Positions 39,034 to 51,354 of a stretch of 64,000 nt of DNA are shown one piece after another. Below the pieces are notes generated by a model, which was given only the letters and a program-made list of their open reading frames with translations, did no database searches and was not told where the DNA came from. This stretch comes from Balamuthia mandrillaris (taxonomy: Eukaryota): contig JAVKOQ020000047.1 of assembly GCA_031835245.2 (NCBI GenBank), positions 124,001 through 188,000 of the forward strand. The letters run 5' to 3'. A program made the position numbers and the translations under genes. Positions within the stretch are counted from its first letter, which is position 1, and each line of letters begins with the position of its first letter.

Positions 39034-39210
39034 AAGAAGAAGAAGAAGAAGAACAAGAAGAAGAAGAAGAAGAAGAAGAAGAACAAGAAGAAGAAGAAGA
39101 AGAAGAAGAACAAGAAGAAGAAGAAGAAGAAGAAGAACAAGAAGAAGAAGAAGAAGAACAAGAACAAGAACAAGAACAAGAACAAGAACAAGAACAAGAA
39201 CAAGAACAAC
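38990..39210. repeat. (GAA)/(GAACAA) microsatellite between convergent family copies 3 and 4
   Basis: Visible array. Confidence 0.85.
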
Positions 39211-39640
39211 GCCAACTCGACCAACGGGAGATTAACAAACAGGTTAACGCGGCTGGTGGACCCACTCCAAGACCAGCTCTCCAGAGGTTCGCAAAAAGAT
39301 GAAGAAGAAGAAGAAACAGAAGGGTTGGATGTTTTTTTTTGCTATTGTGGCTCTACTTGTGGTCTACTATTTGCGGGACTTGGGGAATGCCGTTGAGGCG
39401 CTGAATGAAATGCTGCAAGAAGCGCTGCTGGCTACTGCCAATGCATGAAAACACGACCAGAATTTGTTTTACGGACTCTATAACGTTTACCAAAGTTATT
39501 CGCAATGAAGTCCGTCTTACCCAAAGAGAGCTGATTGCTGGTCTCTCTTTTCATCCTGACTTCATCTTGGTTCTGCTCTGCGCGACTGTGTGGTAATGTT
39601 GGTTTATATATTTCTTACTGTAATACAATCCCCCTGCCTT

Positions 39641-42600
39641 TCACCCTGAACTTTGCAGTTCCATTGCCTTCATTTGCGCTCGTTCGTATAATATCTTGTG
39701 CTGGCGTGCCACTTGTCTCTTTCGTACCCCATGGATAATGAAGGCGGCCACCACGACCACCACTATAGCAGCCACTATCAGTACAGGCACCGTCACCTTC
39801 CACCACAAGTCATCTGAATCATCTCCTCCTCCGCTCTTGTTAGCGTTTCCCACAACAACAACGGAGAGGTCAGGGTCGTATTCCATCTCACTCTCGAAAT
39901 GAGGGAAGGCCAAACGCAACATCCATTCCTTCGCTCCTCCTTCTGGTCTTTGCGTGACGTTCACTTGAACCGGAACCGCCGTTTCGTAGTCTTTATCCCG
40001 CCACATGAATGACAAGGCTCTCAAAGTCGCATTCAGCTCGTTCGAAGCGAAGCGTATCTCTTTTTGCTGGTAATAACTGTCTTCTTCTTCCTCATCAAGT
40101 TGGATCGTGTATTCTTCGAAATAGGTCCATCCTTCTCCCTCGTAGTTCAGCAAGGAGATTTCCAAAACCAGTTCGTTATCCTCTGCGTTTGCGTCATCAG
40201 ACCAACTCCAATTCTCCACCAGAAGGCTCCACTTGAGGATGTCTTTGTCGAATGAAGGCAACGTTGTTCCACCTTTCAACTTCAGAGCTTCTCCTTCTTC
40301 GTAAGATACGAATGTGAATTGCAACATGTCGTTGTGCGAAGTGGAAGCGAAGAAAGCGATGGTGGTGGGAGATGGGAGAAAAGGCTGCCAAGCAAGCTCT
40401 TCGATGAAGACGCTTCTGACTTCTTCTCCTGTTTTGCTGTTCACTTCCACCAGTCGCGTAAAGTTGGAAAGAATGGAGGAGACAGCAGGCGAGTCACGAA
40501 GCAGAGGGACGAGAAGGAAATCGGGATTGCCCAAAGGAAAAGTAACTGCCATGCTTGTCAAGTCCAAAGGTTGCGAAAGAACGACTTCCACTCTGCTTCG
40601 GTCTCCTGACAAAAAGTATTTCGGTTGTGCTTCATCATCATCGTCGACGGGCCGAATAATGAGAGAAAAGATCGAAGAGCTGTTGAAAGCAAGGACTGAG
40701 AATCCAAAGTCGGTTTGTTCCATTCCTGATGCTATAGAGACCAACCCCTCTCCCAAATCCACGTCTTCGCTTCCTTCTCTCCCGTCTGTCACTATAGAAA
40801 CGTCGAAAGGGACTTCGGGTTGAACTTCTGACACACGGATGGAGAAGACCGGGTTCGAAACGGAAAGGAGAACGACATGCCCGTTTTGATCCAGACGAAG
40901 GTAACTTGGGTCGATGGACCAACTTAGGACAGGAAGAGGAGCTGGAAGTCTTTCGCAGGTGGGGCAGGCGGAGCAGGGTTCGTGGGTGAAAAGCTTCGAT
41001 GTGGCGCAAGTGAACAGAGGGGTATTTCCTGAAACAACGAAGGTGAACTGGCTTTGAAGACGACAATCGCCTTGCAACGTTATCAATGATGCTATTGTTA
41101 TCGTTGTTATGGTGGTTAGAGAGGCAGAGACCAAAGAAGAGCTACAAGAGCAGCAGAGAAGATGAAAGAGAAAGGAGACGAACATCCTACAGCGATCTGG
41201 TTATCAATAAATCTAACGGGTGCTTTACTGGTCCAGTTTGAGGTTGACAACAAAAGGACTGATGATAATGAGCAAACAATATGGTCAGAAAGACTCAACG
41301 TTCATGAATGTGAGAGAAGAGAGAGAGCGAGAGAGAGCGAGCGAGAGAGAGAATCAAAAGCGTACCTAAACTCTCGCGCGGAATACCATCCACGTCATGT
41401 ACAATCTCCAAGTCTCTGTTGTCCAGGAAGATAACTTCTCCCTTTTGTGTCCACGAAGAGGTTTCGGTTATCCAGACGGCTTTAGAGAACACAAGCGAGT
41501 TAATAAACAGAGCGATATTGCCATTTAAGCAGCGATACCGTACTATTGTCGTTATCTTCGAAGAGGATCAGCTGATCTGACATCCATCGCGAGCTCTGTC
41601 GGATGCTTACAGCTGTGATTTGCAAGTATGAGTCTGGTGAGTTGCACTTTTATAAACGATACAGGAAGAAAGTGTACCGAGCCTGGAAACATTCAATACT
41701 CGGATGGGATCATGTGCATGCCATGTCGCTTCATCCACAATCGTTATTCCTGTTGTTGTTGTAGGCATGTTAAGTTGGACATAGACGAAAGCAAGCAAGT
41801 ATCGACACGAATGAAGGAATGAAAGAATGAAACGACAAGGAATAAAGAAAGAAATAAAGCAGTACCAATGGCATCAGTATGAGGCCCAATGTCTTGAATG
41901 AGAAGAGACCCATAACTATCCCACTTGCTTCCCGACACCGTCACTGGTTATTTTTTATCAGTCCATTTACGGTTTTGTTCAAAGGAACAATGTAAGCAAT
42001 GGAGGGAGGCAAAAAGAAACAGAACAGGAAAACGGTGATATATAACGCACCAGCATTCTCCAAGAACGAGGAGAAAGTGACGTCAGTGGTTATCAAGGTG
42101 GACGTGGACTGAACCAACAGACCGCTTCCTTCCGGGTTCGTGACCTCAACGTTGTTCAGTTCCATCATGGAGAAATCGCTGAATGTCAACGGAGAGGAAC
42201 ATGCTGGGGTGTTCGTTAAGATCAAGTTGCTAAACGATCCGTTCTTTGTTATTTTTAAGTTACATGTTTGAAGACTAACCCCATCGCGAGCAATAACTTC
42301 CCCACTGTTTTGTGTTTGTGATGAGTAACCGAGAGAGAGCGAGAGAGAAGAAGTGATCAAAGCGAGAGGAGAGAGGGAAAAGCGTTACATGAAGGTCATG
42401 GTATGCGTTTCGCCTAGAGTGAAGTTGGAGGGGGTTGTGTGAACTCCTGGGAGAAGACGGAATACAACGGAGGAATACAAATATATGTCGTCGCTGTAGT
42501 CTGTTCATTACAAAGAGCGAGAGAATAAGCGAAAGGAACAAGAGAGAGAGAGAGAGAGAGAGAAGGTGGAGGTGGAGGTGGAGGTGAAGGAGGAGGAGGA

Positions 42601-43277
42601 GAAGAAGAAGAGAAGAACAACAAGAACAAGAAGAAGAACAAGAACAAGAACAAGAAGAAGAAGAACAAGAACAAGAACAAGAAGAACAAGAAGAACAAGA
42701 ACAACAAGAACAACAAGAACAAGAAGAAGAACAAGAAGAAGAAGAAGAACAAGAAGAAGAAGAAGAAGAAGAACAAGAACAAGAACAAGAACAAGAACAA
42801 GAACAAGAACAAGAACAAGAACAAGAACAAGAACAAGAACAAGAACAAGAACAAGAACAAGAACAAGAACAAGAACAACAACAACAACAACAACAACAAC
42901 AAGAGAACAAGAACAAGAACAAGAAGAAAGAAGAACGAAGAAACACAACAGGAACGAGAAAACGAGTGTAAAGAAAAGAGGTTGCAACAAGTTGATACAA
43001 CGGAGTTTTTCAACAAAAATAAAAAGGCAAACCATTGAGAAAGTCTTGGATGGACTTGTACGGCGTCTGTTGAGTACATGCTGAAACGCAGGAAGAGTCC
43101 GACGATACATAGACCTCTGTTTAAGAAAATCAAGAAAGGTCAGAACGAGTGTTTGTTTTCGAAGGAGACCGGCAAAGCACCTTCTGTCTGACAACGAACA
43201 AACAGAGCAACGTTCAAACTCAACAGAAAAAGGAGGGACAAAGAGAACGCGGTGGCGTTTCTCTTCAAAGTAAACAT
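39641..43277 (-). CDS. Type-I membrane surface protein, family copy 4 (close inverted paralogue of copy 3)
   Basis: Signal MFTLKRNATAFSLSLLFLLSLNVALFV; last exon SWSIDPSYLRLDQNG...LKWSLLVENWSW...FPHFESEMEYDPDLSVV...DDSDDLWWKVTVP. Confidence 0.8.
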
Positions 43278-43737
43278 TATTTTATCGTTCTTTGTGTTGT
43301 TTTGATTTTATTTTGTTTGTTTTGTAACTTTATCCCCCTGAAAAGTTTTCCGTTTCTTTGGATACCATTTCTTTTTTGTTTTATGAATTGGTAACGAGGA
43401 TCAACAGGCTTACATATTGGATAAATTCCATAGCTTATATCAAATTACACGAGGAGGGCCGTTGCCTAATTATTTAATTGAATTTATCTTAATTTGGTAA
43501 TTAATGGATTAATTAATTTGCTTTAAATGGGAAACTATTTACGTCGACATCCTTTAAATGGTAATTTAATCTTAACAAGTCTTCAAAAGGAAATCCCAAG
43601 CGAAGAAACAAAATGACCGACAATTCTTTCTTTTAAAAGAGCGTGTCCGTTCCCCTGCTTTCTGCACGTTCTTGTTTCTTTCGCTTGGTTTCTGTTTCTG
43701 TTCTATCGCCCGTTATACAAATTGCACCACCTCTCAG

Positions 43738-46700
43738 CTAATCGGAGCCAAGTTCCGCCGACTTGGTTCGCACACGTGCCAACGTCTTGTTGCGACTCGC
43801 CAAACGCCCCTTTCTCTGCAAATGGAACACGATGGCAACGCCAACGACCACAGCAACCAAGGCCACGAGCAACAAGGGCACCGTCACTTTCCACCACAGC
43901 TGGTCGCTGCCGTCGCCTCCCGCTCCTCCGTTGTCCTGGTCAACGCCGTCGTCCGCTCCATCCTCTTCGTCCGTTGCTCCTTCTCCCAAAAGCACGGAGA
44001 GGTCGGGATCGTATTCCAACTCTCTTTCGAAATGAGGAAACGTCAAACGTAACTTCCATTCGGACCGCTGCTCCTCTTGCGTGGCTTGCAGTTGGATAGG
44101 AACTGCGGTTTCATGGTCTTGGTCAATCCAAACGAACGACAATGCTCTTAGCGTGGCCTCCAGCTCTTCCGAGTAGAAACGGAACAGCTTGAGTTGTTTG
44201 CTGTCGTCATCTTCACCCAGCGGTACAGATTCTTCTTGGAAGTTGCTCCATCCGTCATTGCTTTCTCCAACGTTTATCAACGTTATCTCCAAAGCGAGTT
44301 GATTGTTGTTTGTTGAATCTTCTTCGTTGGCCCAACTCCAATTCCCAACTCGAAAGCTCCATTTGATAAGGTCGCTGTCGAATGGAGGTACAATCGTACC
44401 ATCTTGTAAAGTGAAACTTTTTCCTTCTTCTAAAGAGAGGAAAGCGAACTGCAAATAAGAGTCATTGAACGAAGAAGAGAATAAAACTAGGTCGGAAGAG
44501 GAAGACGAAGGAGACAAAGAAGTTTGCCAAGAAAGCTCTGCGATGGAGATACTTCTGACTTCTTCTCCCGTGTCGCCGTTTACCTCTATCAGTCGTGAAA
44601 AATTGGAAAGGAGCGAAGAAGAAGCAGACGATGAGTGAGGAGTGAGAAGAAAGTCTGGCGTGCCGAATGGGAAATGCACAGACAGCGAAGGCAGCTGCAA
44701 TGCCCGATGAAGAACTACTTCCACTCGACTCTGATCGCCTGACAAAAAGAATGTAGGCTGTTCGTCTTCTCCCTCTTGAGTGCCCACCGATTGAAGTACG
44801 ATTGAAAACGGGGAACCCGAAGAGGAACTGTTGAAAGTGAGAACAGAGAATGCAAAGTCGATATGCTCGGTACCAGGAGCGATGGTCACCACTCCATCTC
44901 CCAAATCCACGTTCTTGCTTCCTTTTCTTCCATCGGTCACGATAGCCACGTCGAATGGGGCGTCTATATCCACGTTAGATGAGACCTGAATGGAGAAGAC
45001 GGGGTCAGGAACGGAGAGAAGAACGACATGCCCGTCTAAACGAAGGTAGCTTGGATCGATGGACCAGCTCACCACTGGAAGAGGAGCGGAAAGCTGTTCG
45101 CAGCTGCCACATTCGAAGGTGCAGGGTTCGTTGGTGATGAGCTTGGAGTTGGTGCATGTGAAGAGAGGAGAGGCAGCTAATCCTTCCACCACGAACGTAA
45201 AGTAGCTTTGAAGACGACAGTCGTTTTGCAGTGTTATCAATGCTATTTTGTTTGTTTGTTTGTTTGTGAGCGAAAGAGGTCTGAGAGAGAAGAGAGAGAG
45301 AGAGAGAGAGAAAGAGACGCAGAGAGGAGGAACAAACATGACGATACAGGGCCATTATTTATGAACCTAACAGGAGCTTTGCATGTCCAGTTAGATCGTG
45401 CCAAAAGGAGAACTAATGGTTTTGAAAACGAACAAAGGTTAAAGAAAGGGTAAACGAAACGAAAGAAAAGGCAGATACTAACTGAGGTTGGCTCGTACTA
45501 TGCCATCCACTTCATGCGTTACTGCAACTTCTCTATTTTGTCGAAAGATAACTTCTCCTTTTTGTTGCCAAAACGACGTTTCTGTGATCCAAACCGCTGC
45601 AATGGGGAAAGTTTGTAAGGTCTGTCGGAAGCAAGAGAGAGAGAGAGAGAGAGAGAGAGAACTAACGATTATCGTTTTTCTCAAAGACAATATCGTCATG
45701 TGAAGTCCATTCCGATGTTTGTCGAACGTTTATGGCTAGTCTTGCTACATTCGCAACGTGGACTGGACCGTACGCAATCCATGTGGAGGAATCCACGATG
45801 GCGATCGCTAAATGATGAGACAGTAAGCTAAATAGGACCATTACTTTGGAAAATGAAGAAAGAGACAAAGAGGGAATGGACGAGAGAAGGAAGAACTTGC
45901 CAGTGCTAGTCTCAGAAGGAATGTCCTCAATGAGGAGAGAGCCAAAGCTATGCCATTTGCTCACTGATCGCACCATTACTATAGCAAAGGGAAAAAGGGA
46001 CCAACTCAACAACTCTAAAAAGAGAACTGAGAAAAAAGAGAACTGAGTCGGAGAGAGTATTAACCAGCATCCTCCAGGACGGAAGAAAACGCGACGTCGG
46101 TAGTGAGCATGGTGCCAGCAGAATGAATGGCCACTCCCTTTCCAACCGGATTCGTCACCACAACGTTGTCCAGCTGCAACGTGGTCGTGTAAACGAAGAC
46201 CAACTCTCCTCCGCATTGGTTCTTGTTCTGTAATGTTACGCCTTGAAAGGAGGTATTTCTATGAAGCTCCAAACCACAGGTTTGAAGCGAAACTTCGGAA
46301 GGATCGTTTCCTTCTCCACTGTTGTGCTAAGAGTTGAGTTTGATGTAGCAGAAGAAGAAAGAAAGAAAGAAGAGAGAAGAAGAAAGAAGCAAGAGAACGA
46401 GAGAAGAAGAAGAAGAACAAGAAGAACAAGAACAAGAAGAAGAAGAAGAAGAAGAGAACAAGAACAAGAAGAAGAAGAAGAAAGCAGAAAGAAGAAAGAA
46501 GGAAAGGCGAAGAGGTTACAGGAAGTTCATGGAGTGAGTCTGGCCCAAGGTAAAGCCGTCAGGAAAGGGATGGACCCCAGGAAGAAAATGGAAGGCGAAG
46601 GAGGAAAACATCCATATCGCGTCGTCATAGTCTGTAGAACGAATCGGAGAGGCAACATGGTGAGCAGGTTGAGAGACGTAGAAAGAAGCAGAAGAAGAAG

Positions 46701-46985
46701 ATGGAGAGAGGAGAGGATAACACAAGACAGAAAGAACAGAGTTGCTTTGTGTACCTGTGAGAAAGTCCTGGATAGATTTATAAGGAGAGCTCTCCGTGCA
46801 TCCCGATACGCAAGAAGAACTCGCCTGCACATAAACGTCTGTGCAAAACAAGGTTAAGCGGCTTAACACAAGTGCGAGTTGGAAGTGACCGTACCCTCTG
46901 ACTGGCAACTCACAAGGAGGACAAAGTTGAAGCTCAACAGCAAGAGAGGTAAGAAGAGGCCAGCGGAGGTAAAGTACAGCTTCAT
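43738..46985 (-). CDS. Type-I membrane surface protein, family copy 5
   Basis: Signal MKLYFTSAGLFLPLLLLSFNFVLLVSC; VYVQASSSCVSGCTESSPYKSIQDFL; last exon IKWSFRVGNWSW...FPHFERELEYDPDLSVLL...LWWKVTVP; tail KTLARVRTKSAELG resembles copy 3. Confidence 0.8.
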
Positions 46986-47424
46986 GCTGCCCTCCTTTCT
47001 GTCTTTGGGGGATCGGGTTTGTCGTCTGCTTTGTTTGCAAGGCCTGCTTGTAGTCAGTGTAACAACGTGTAACTAAACGCAAGGACTAACAGAAACTCGT
47101 GTTTTATTGGCCTTTCCTTCATTACAGCTCAATTATGTATCCCAATAAAACAACCACCAATAAAACGCTCAATTCTGCTTCTTGTTCTTGTTCTTGTTAT
47201 TCTTCTTCTTGTTCTTGTTCTTGTTCTTGTCTTCTTCTTCTTCTTCTTCTTCTTCTTCTTCTTCTTCTGCTTCTCTTCTTTTCTTCTTTTAGATGGAGGG
47301 CAACTGGAAGTTGATGGAAGCGGAACCGAGGAGGTGGAGAAGAGATGAACCTGGCAGGAGAACAACAGAGAAGAAGAGGTCAGCAGCTGAAAAAGATGGA
47401 TAAATAACAACTCATACAGGTTTT

Positions 47425-49487
47425 TTAGGGAAGTTCAGAGTGTTGTGGTGAAAACTTCATCCTTCGTCGCTTGACAGCGATCTTCCTCCTGAAGTGGAAT
47501 GTGATGGAAGCCACCACGACCACCACCAAAGCCGTCACCAACAACACCGGAACCAATATCTTCCACCACAGCTCATCGTCGGCATCCTCGCCATCCTCGT
47601 TCCCTTCACCGTCCGTGGAAGAGAGAACGACGGAAAGATCAGGGTCATACTCGATGCGTTGCTCGAAAGGAGGAAAGGTGAAGCGCGCGGTTGCAAAAGA
47701 AAAGGAAGAAGAAAGGAAGAGCTCCACCGAAACGGGGGCCGACGTCGTGTAGTCTTCGTCCTTCCATGCAAAGTTTAACGCGCGAAAGATGGCTGCGCTG
47801 TTCTCTGCAACAAGTCTCTGTTCATGCACTGCCTTCTGTGGTTGCTCTCCGTCTCTTCGTTGTTGAGGTAAAGGAGTGATGCGTACGTCAGAGGAGCCGA
47901 ACCATTCACTATCTCCACTTTCAAGTGCAAGCTCTAACCGTAGAACGTGAGATGATGATGGTGATGGTGAGGAAGAAAAAGGCCAGTTCTCAATGCTTAA
48001 ACTCCACTTGAGGCTGTCTAGGTCTTCAGAAGGAACAAAAGTGGTTTCATCCAACAGTTGAACACTTTCGTTTCTGTTCACCGTTTGAAAAGCGATTCGA
48101 ATGGAGGCTCCGTTGTCAAAAGTGGATGAAAAGATGAATGTCGAATTATTGGTGTTGTTGTCGTCGCTGGTGTGGTTGTTCCATGTGAGTGCGGTAAGGT
48201 TCTTTGATGAAACGACTTGTTCCGTTTCGGGGTTCACTTCCTCCAACTTTAAAAACGTCGCCAATGTCGAAACTGCAATTGCTTCAACAGAGGAAGACGA
48301 GGAAGAAAATGAAGAAGAGGAAGAAGAAGATGATGATGATAGATGATGATGATGAAGAAGAAGAAGTAAGGAAAGGAGTCATGATAAAGTCGGGAGAGTC
48401 GAAAGGAAAGATAGCAGTTGCGGAGGCCATGTTCAAAGAAGGCAATATCACAACATCCACGATGCCACCTTCTGTTGATACAAAGTAAAGAGGCGGTTGA
48501 TATGCTGTTGTTGCATTGGATGGCTGAATGGTGAGACTAAAAGGGGATCCTTTCGCTGCTTTCATGTTGGAAACAGTAAAGTGGATTTCAACTCGGTCTT
48601 CTTCCGATGGGAAAACAATTGGCTCGTCCTCAAAGCGAAGGAGATGACGGTCGTTGCTTCCGGCTGTTTCTATAACCACTTCAAAGTCTTCCATTATGAA
48701 GAAAGAAGAAGAGGGTGCGAAACCGATGCTGAAAACAGGTTCCGGTCGAGCAATGACAACCACTTGTGTTTCTTCCTCATCTCCTTCCACTGGAGTAGAG
48801 GATGGAAAAGAAGAAGCGGGAAGACGAAGGTAAGATGAACTGATGAGCCATTGCAAGACCGGAGTCTCTAACGATTGTTGGCAGTCGCAGTTGATGTTGC
48901 CGCAACCTTCTGCTGTGTACAAGTAAGACGAGCCGGAACAGTGGAAGATATCGCTCGCCCCTTGAAACTGGATAGTGTGAGTCGTTTGAATGGTTCCACT
49001 TTGTGCTAACTTTACAAGTGCTGCAAGAAGAAACAAGAGAAACTGACTTGAATAAATGAACGTAGAAGGAAGGAAGGAACCAAGAAGAAAAAAAAAAGGA
49101 AGGAGGAAAGAAGAACAAAAGCAAACCTTGAGTTTGAACGTTGTTGTTCGTGAGAATAATGGGAGCTTCACTCATCCAAGTGGCAAATTTCACAAATACT
49201 GTATTCAAAGGAGATGTTAATAATAGAAAACAAGCAGAAGAATGACGAAAAGATTAACAGGAACACGAAGGAGAAGAAGAAGAAGAAGAAGAAGAGCAAG
49301 GAGAAGCAGAAGGAGGAACTTACCAAGATGTTGATCACGTTCGAAATGCTCAACAGGATCAGTACCATATATGAACTCTACTAATACAGGATTGTTGTTT
49401 CTAAAGGTCACTGGCCCTCTTTGCGTCCAACGTGCCTGCTCCAACAACCAAATAGCTTTTGTTTGTTGTGTTTAAGTTATTAAGTTT

Positions 49488-49518
<31 letters not shown>

Positions 49519-50033
49519 GAAAAACAAGGAAGGGAGAAAAGAAACCATTTCTACTGTTTTCGAAGATGACTTTAGAATGCGAGACCCAAGTTGCAGTGGA
49601 TGTTAAAGCAAGAGCTGAAAGAGCCAAACAAAATAAACATGTTGTGAGTAACGTTGTTGGTTGGGTTGGGTTTGGGAGTGAGTTAGCAGTTAAACGAACC
49701 TAGTCCGTGAATGTTGCGGAACAACACAGGGCCGTAGCTTTGCCATCGTGTTCCCGAGGAGGTGATACGAACGGCTGTACCATAGAAAGCGACAGTAGCA
49801 TGTTAGTCTCGCGAACTAAACTGAGCAAGAATGAAAGCATTGAAACAACAAAGAAAGAGAAAGAAAGAAGCTAACCTGCATCGGAAGGGCTTAGATTTTC
49901 AAAGTTGAGTGTACCATAACTGAGCCACTCTTTGTAAAAACCAGTTACTTGTACTAAACGGACTAAAAAGTTAGAAGAAGGAGAGAGAGGAGAGAGAGAG
50001 AGAGAGGAGAGAGAGAAACGAGAAGAGCTGACG

Positions 50034-50065
<32 letters not shown>

Positions 50066-51026
50066 CATCAAAGAAAGAGGTACAAGCAAAAGCGATGTTT
50101 CTGAACTGGACATCGGTGGTGACAAGGTTGCCGGAAGCAACAATGCCCTGCGCTGCCTCCAACTCGGAGTAGACGTGAACGTTCCGTAGCTCGAGATCGA
50201 CATCGGCGCTGAGGATCAATCCTGCGCACGTGCCCTTCAACGTTAGGTCGACGAACGCGACGGGATGTCCCGATAGCTGGAGCTGACAAGCTTCCACCAC
50301 CACTTCGGAGCGCTGGTTCCCTTGTCCGCTGTTCGTTGGTGTTGCTTGTTGGTGAAAGAAAAAACGAGAGAAGGAAAGAGAAAGCGAAGAAGCAGAAGGA
50401 ATACAAAGAGAAGAAAAGAATAAAGAGAGAACAGAGAAAGGTGAACAGAGAGCAACTCACATGAGGAACAAGGGAGCAGTATCTATGTCGTCCCCAAACT
50501 CGTCCTGGACGACAGCGTACACTCCCGGAGAGAGGTACAGCACAACAGTCTTGTTGGCTTGTCTCGGGTCTGTTCCCAACACAGCAATAGATAGATGAGA
50601 GATAGAAAGAGAAAGAGAAAGAGAAACGACGAAAGAGAAACGACGAAAGAGAAAGAGGAAGAGAAAGAGAAAGAGAAAGAGAAAGAGAAAGAGAAGAAAG
50701 AAATAAGAAACAAGAAACAAGAAACAAAGAAGTGAAACATAAGAAAAAAAAATAGAAGAAAAAAACAGAAGGACGGAAGCACAAACCAGCTAAAGCGTCG
50801 GTGATGGTTTGATAGGGGTCCGCTTCGCTACAAAGTGAAGTACAAGGAGAGTTTCCATCGACAAACAGCTCAACTATTTTTTTAAAAAACAGAAAAATAA
50901 GTTTTAAAAAATGCAGATAGAAAACAAAAGAGGAACAAGGAAACCAGAGTCAGCCGGCTGAGCGCAAGTCGGCACGAAGAGAAAGACGCATGCCCACAAA
51001 ACGAAACCTATAAAACAGCTGCGCAT
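47425..51026 (-). CDS. Type-I membrane surface protein, family copy 6; apparent 1-nt frameshift at ~48341
   Basis: Signal MRSCFIGFVLWACVFLFVPTCA; LFVDGNSPCTSLCSEADPYQTITDAL; LKWSLSIENWPF...FPPFEQRIEYDPDLSVVL...LWWKILVP. The last exon is split across ORFs 48284-49171 and 47425-48264. Confidence 0.72.
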
Positions 51027-51354
51027 CTTCTTTTTTTTGTTTTCTTTCTCCGTCTTTAAAACAAAAAAACAAATGTTAACAATAACGGCAACAAGCCCAT
51101 GCGTTGCCGTGCTAGATCGCAAGAGCAAGGAAATCCTCGTGTGCACACCTGAATGAGGTCAAGGGACGGAAAGGTGGCGTTACATTACATTACATTTTTC
51201 CTTATTAAAAGCAGCATTTGATTATTAATTGGGCGATCATATACAATTCGTTACGCCACGCATACCTTTTAAGCACCAATTTAGATCATACTTCATATCT
51301 TTGATTTTGTATTGGCTCGCAAGTAAATTAATTATACAAAATACAGAAAAGACG

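Noticed and set aside
39330..39600. Coding-like relic between family copies 3 and 4
   Set aside because: Short frames with stops and no recognisable similarity to neighbouring genes.
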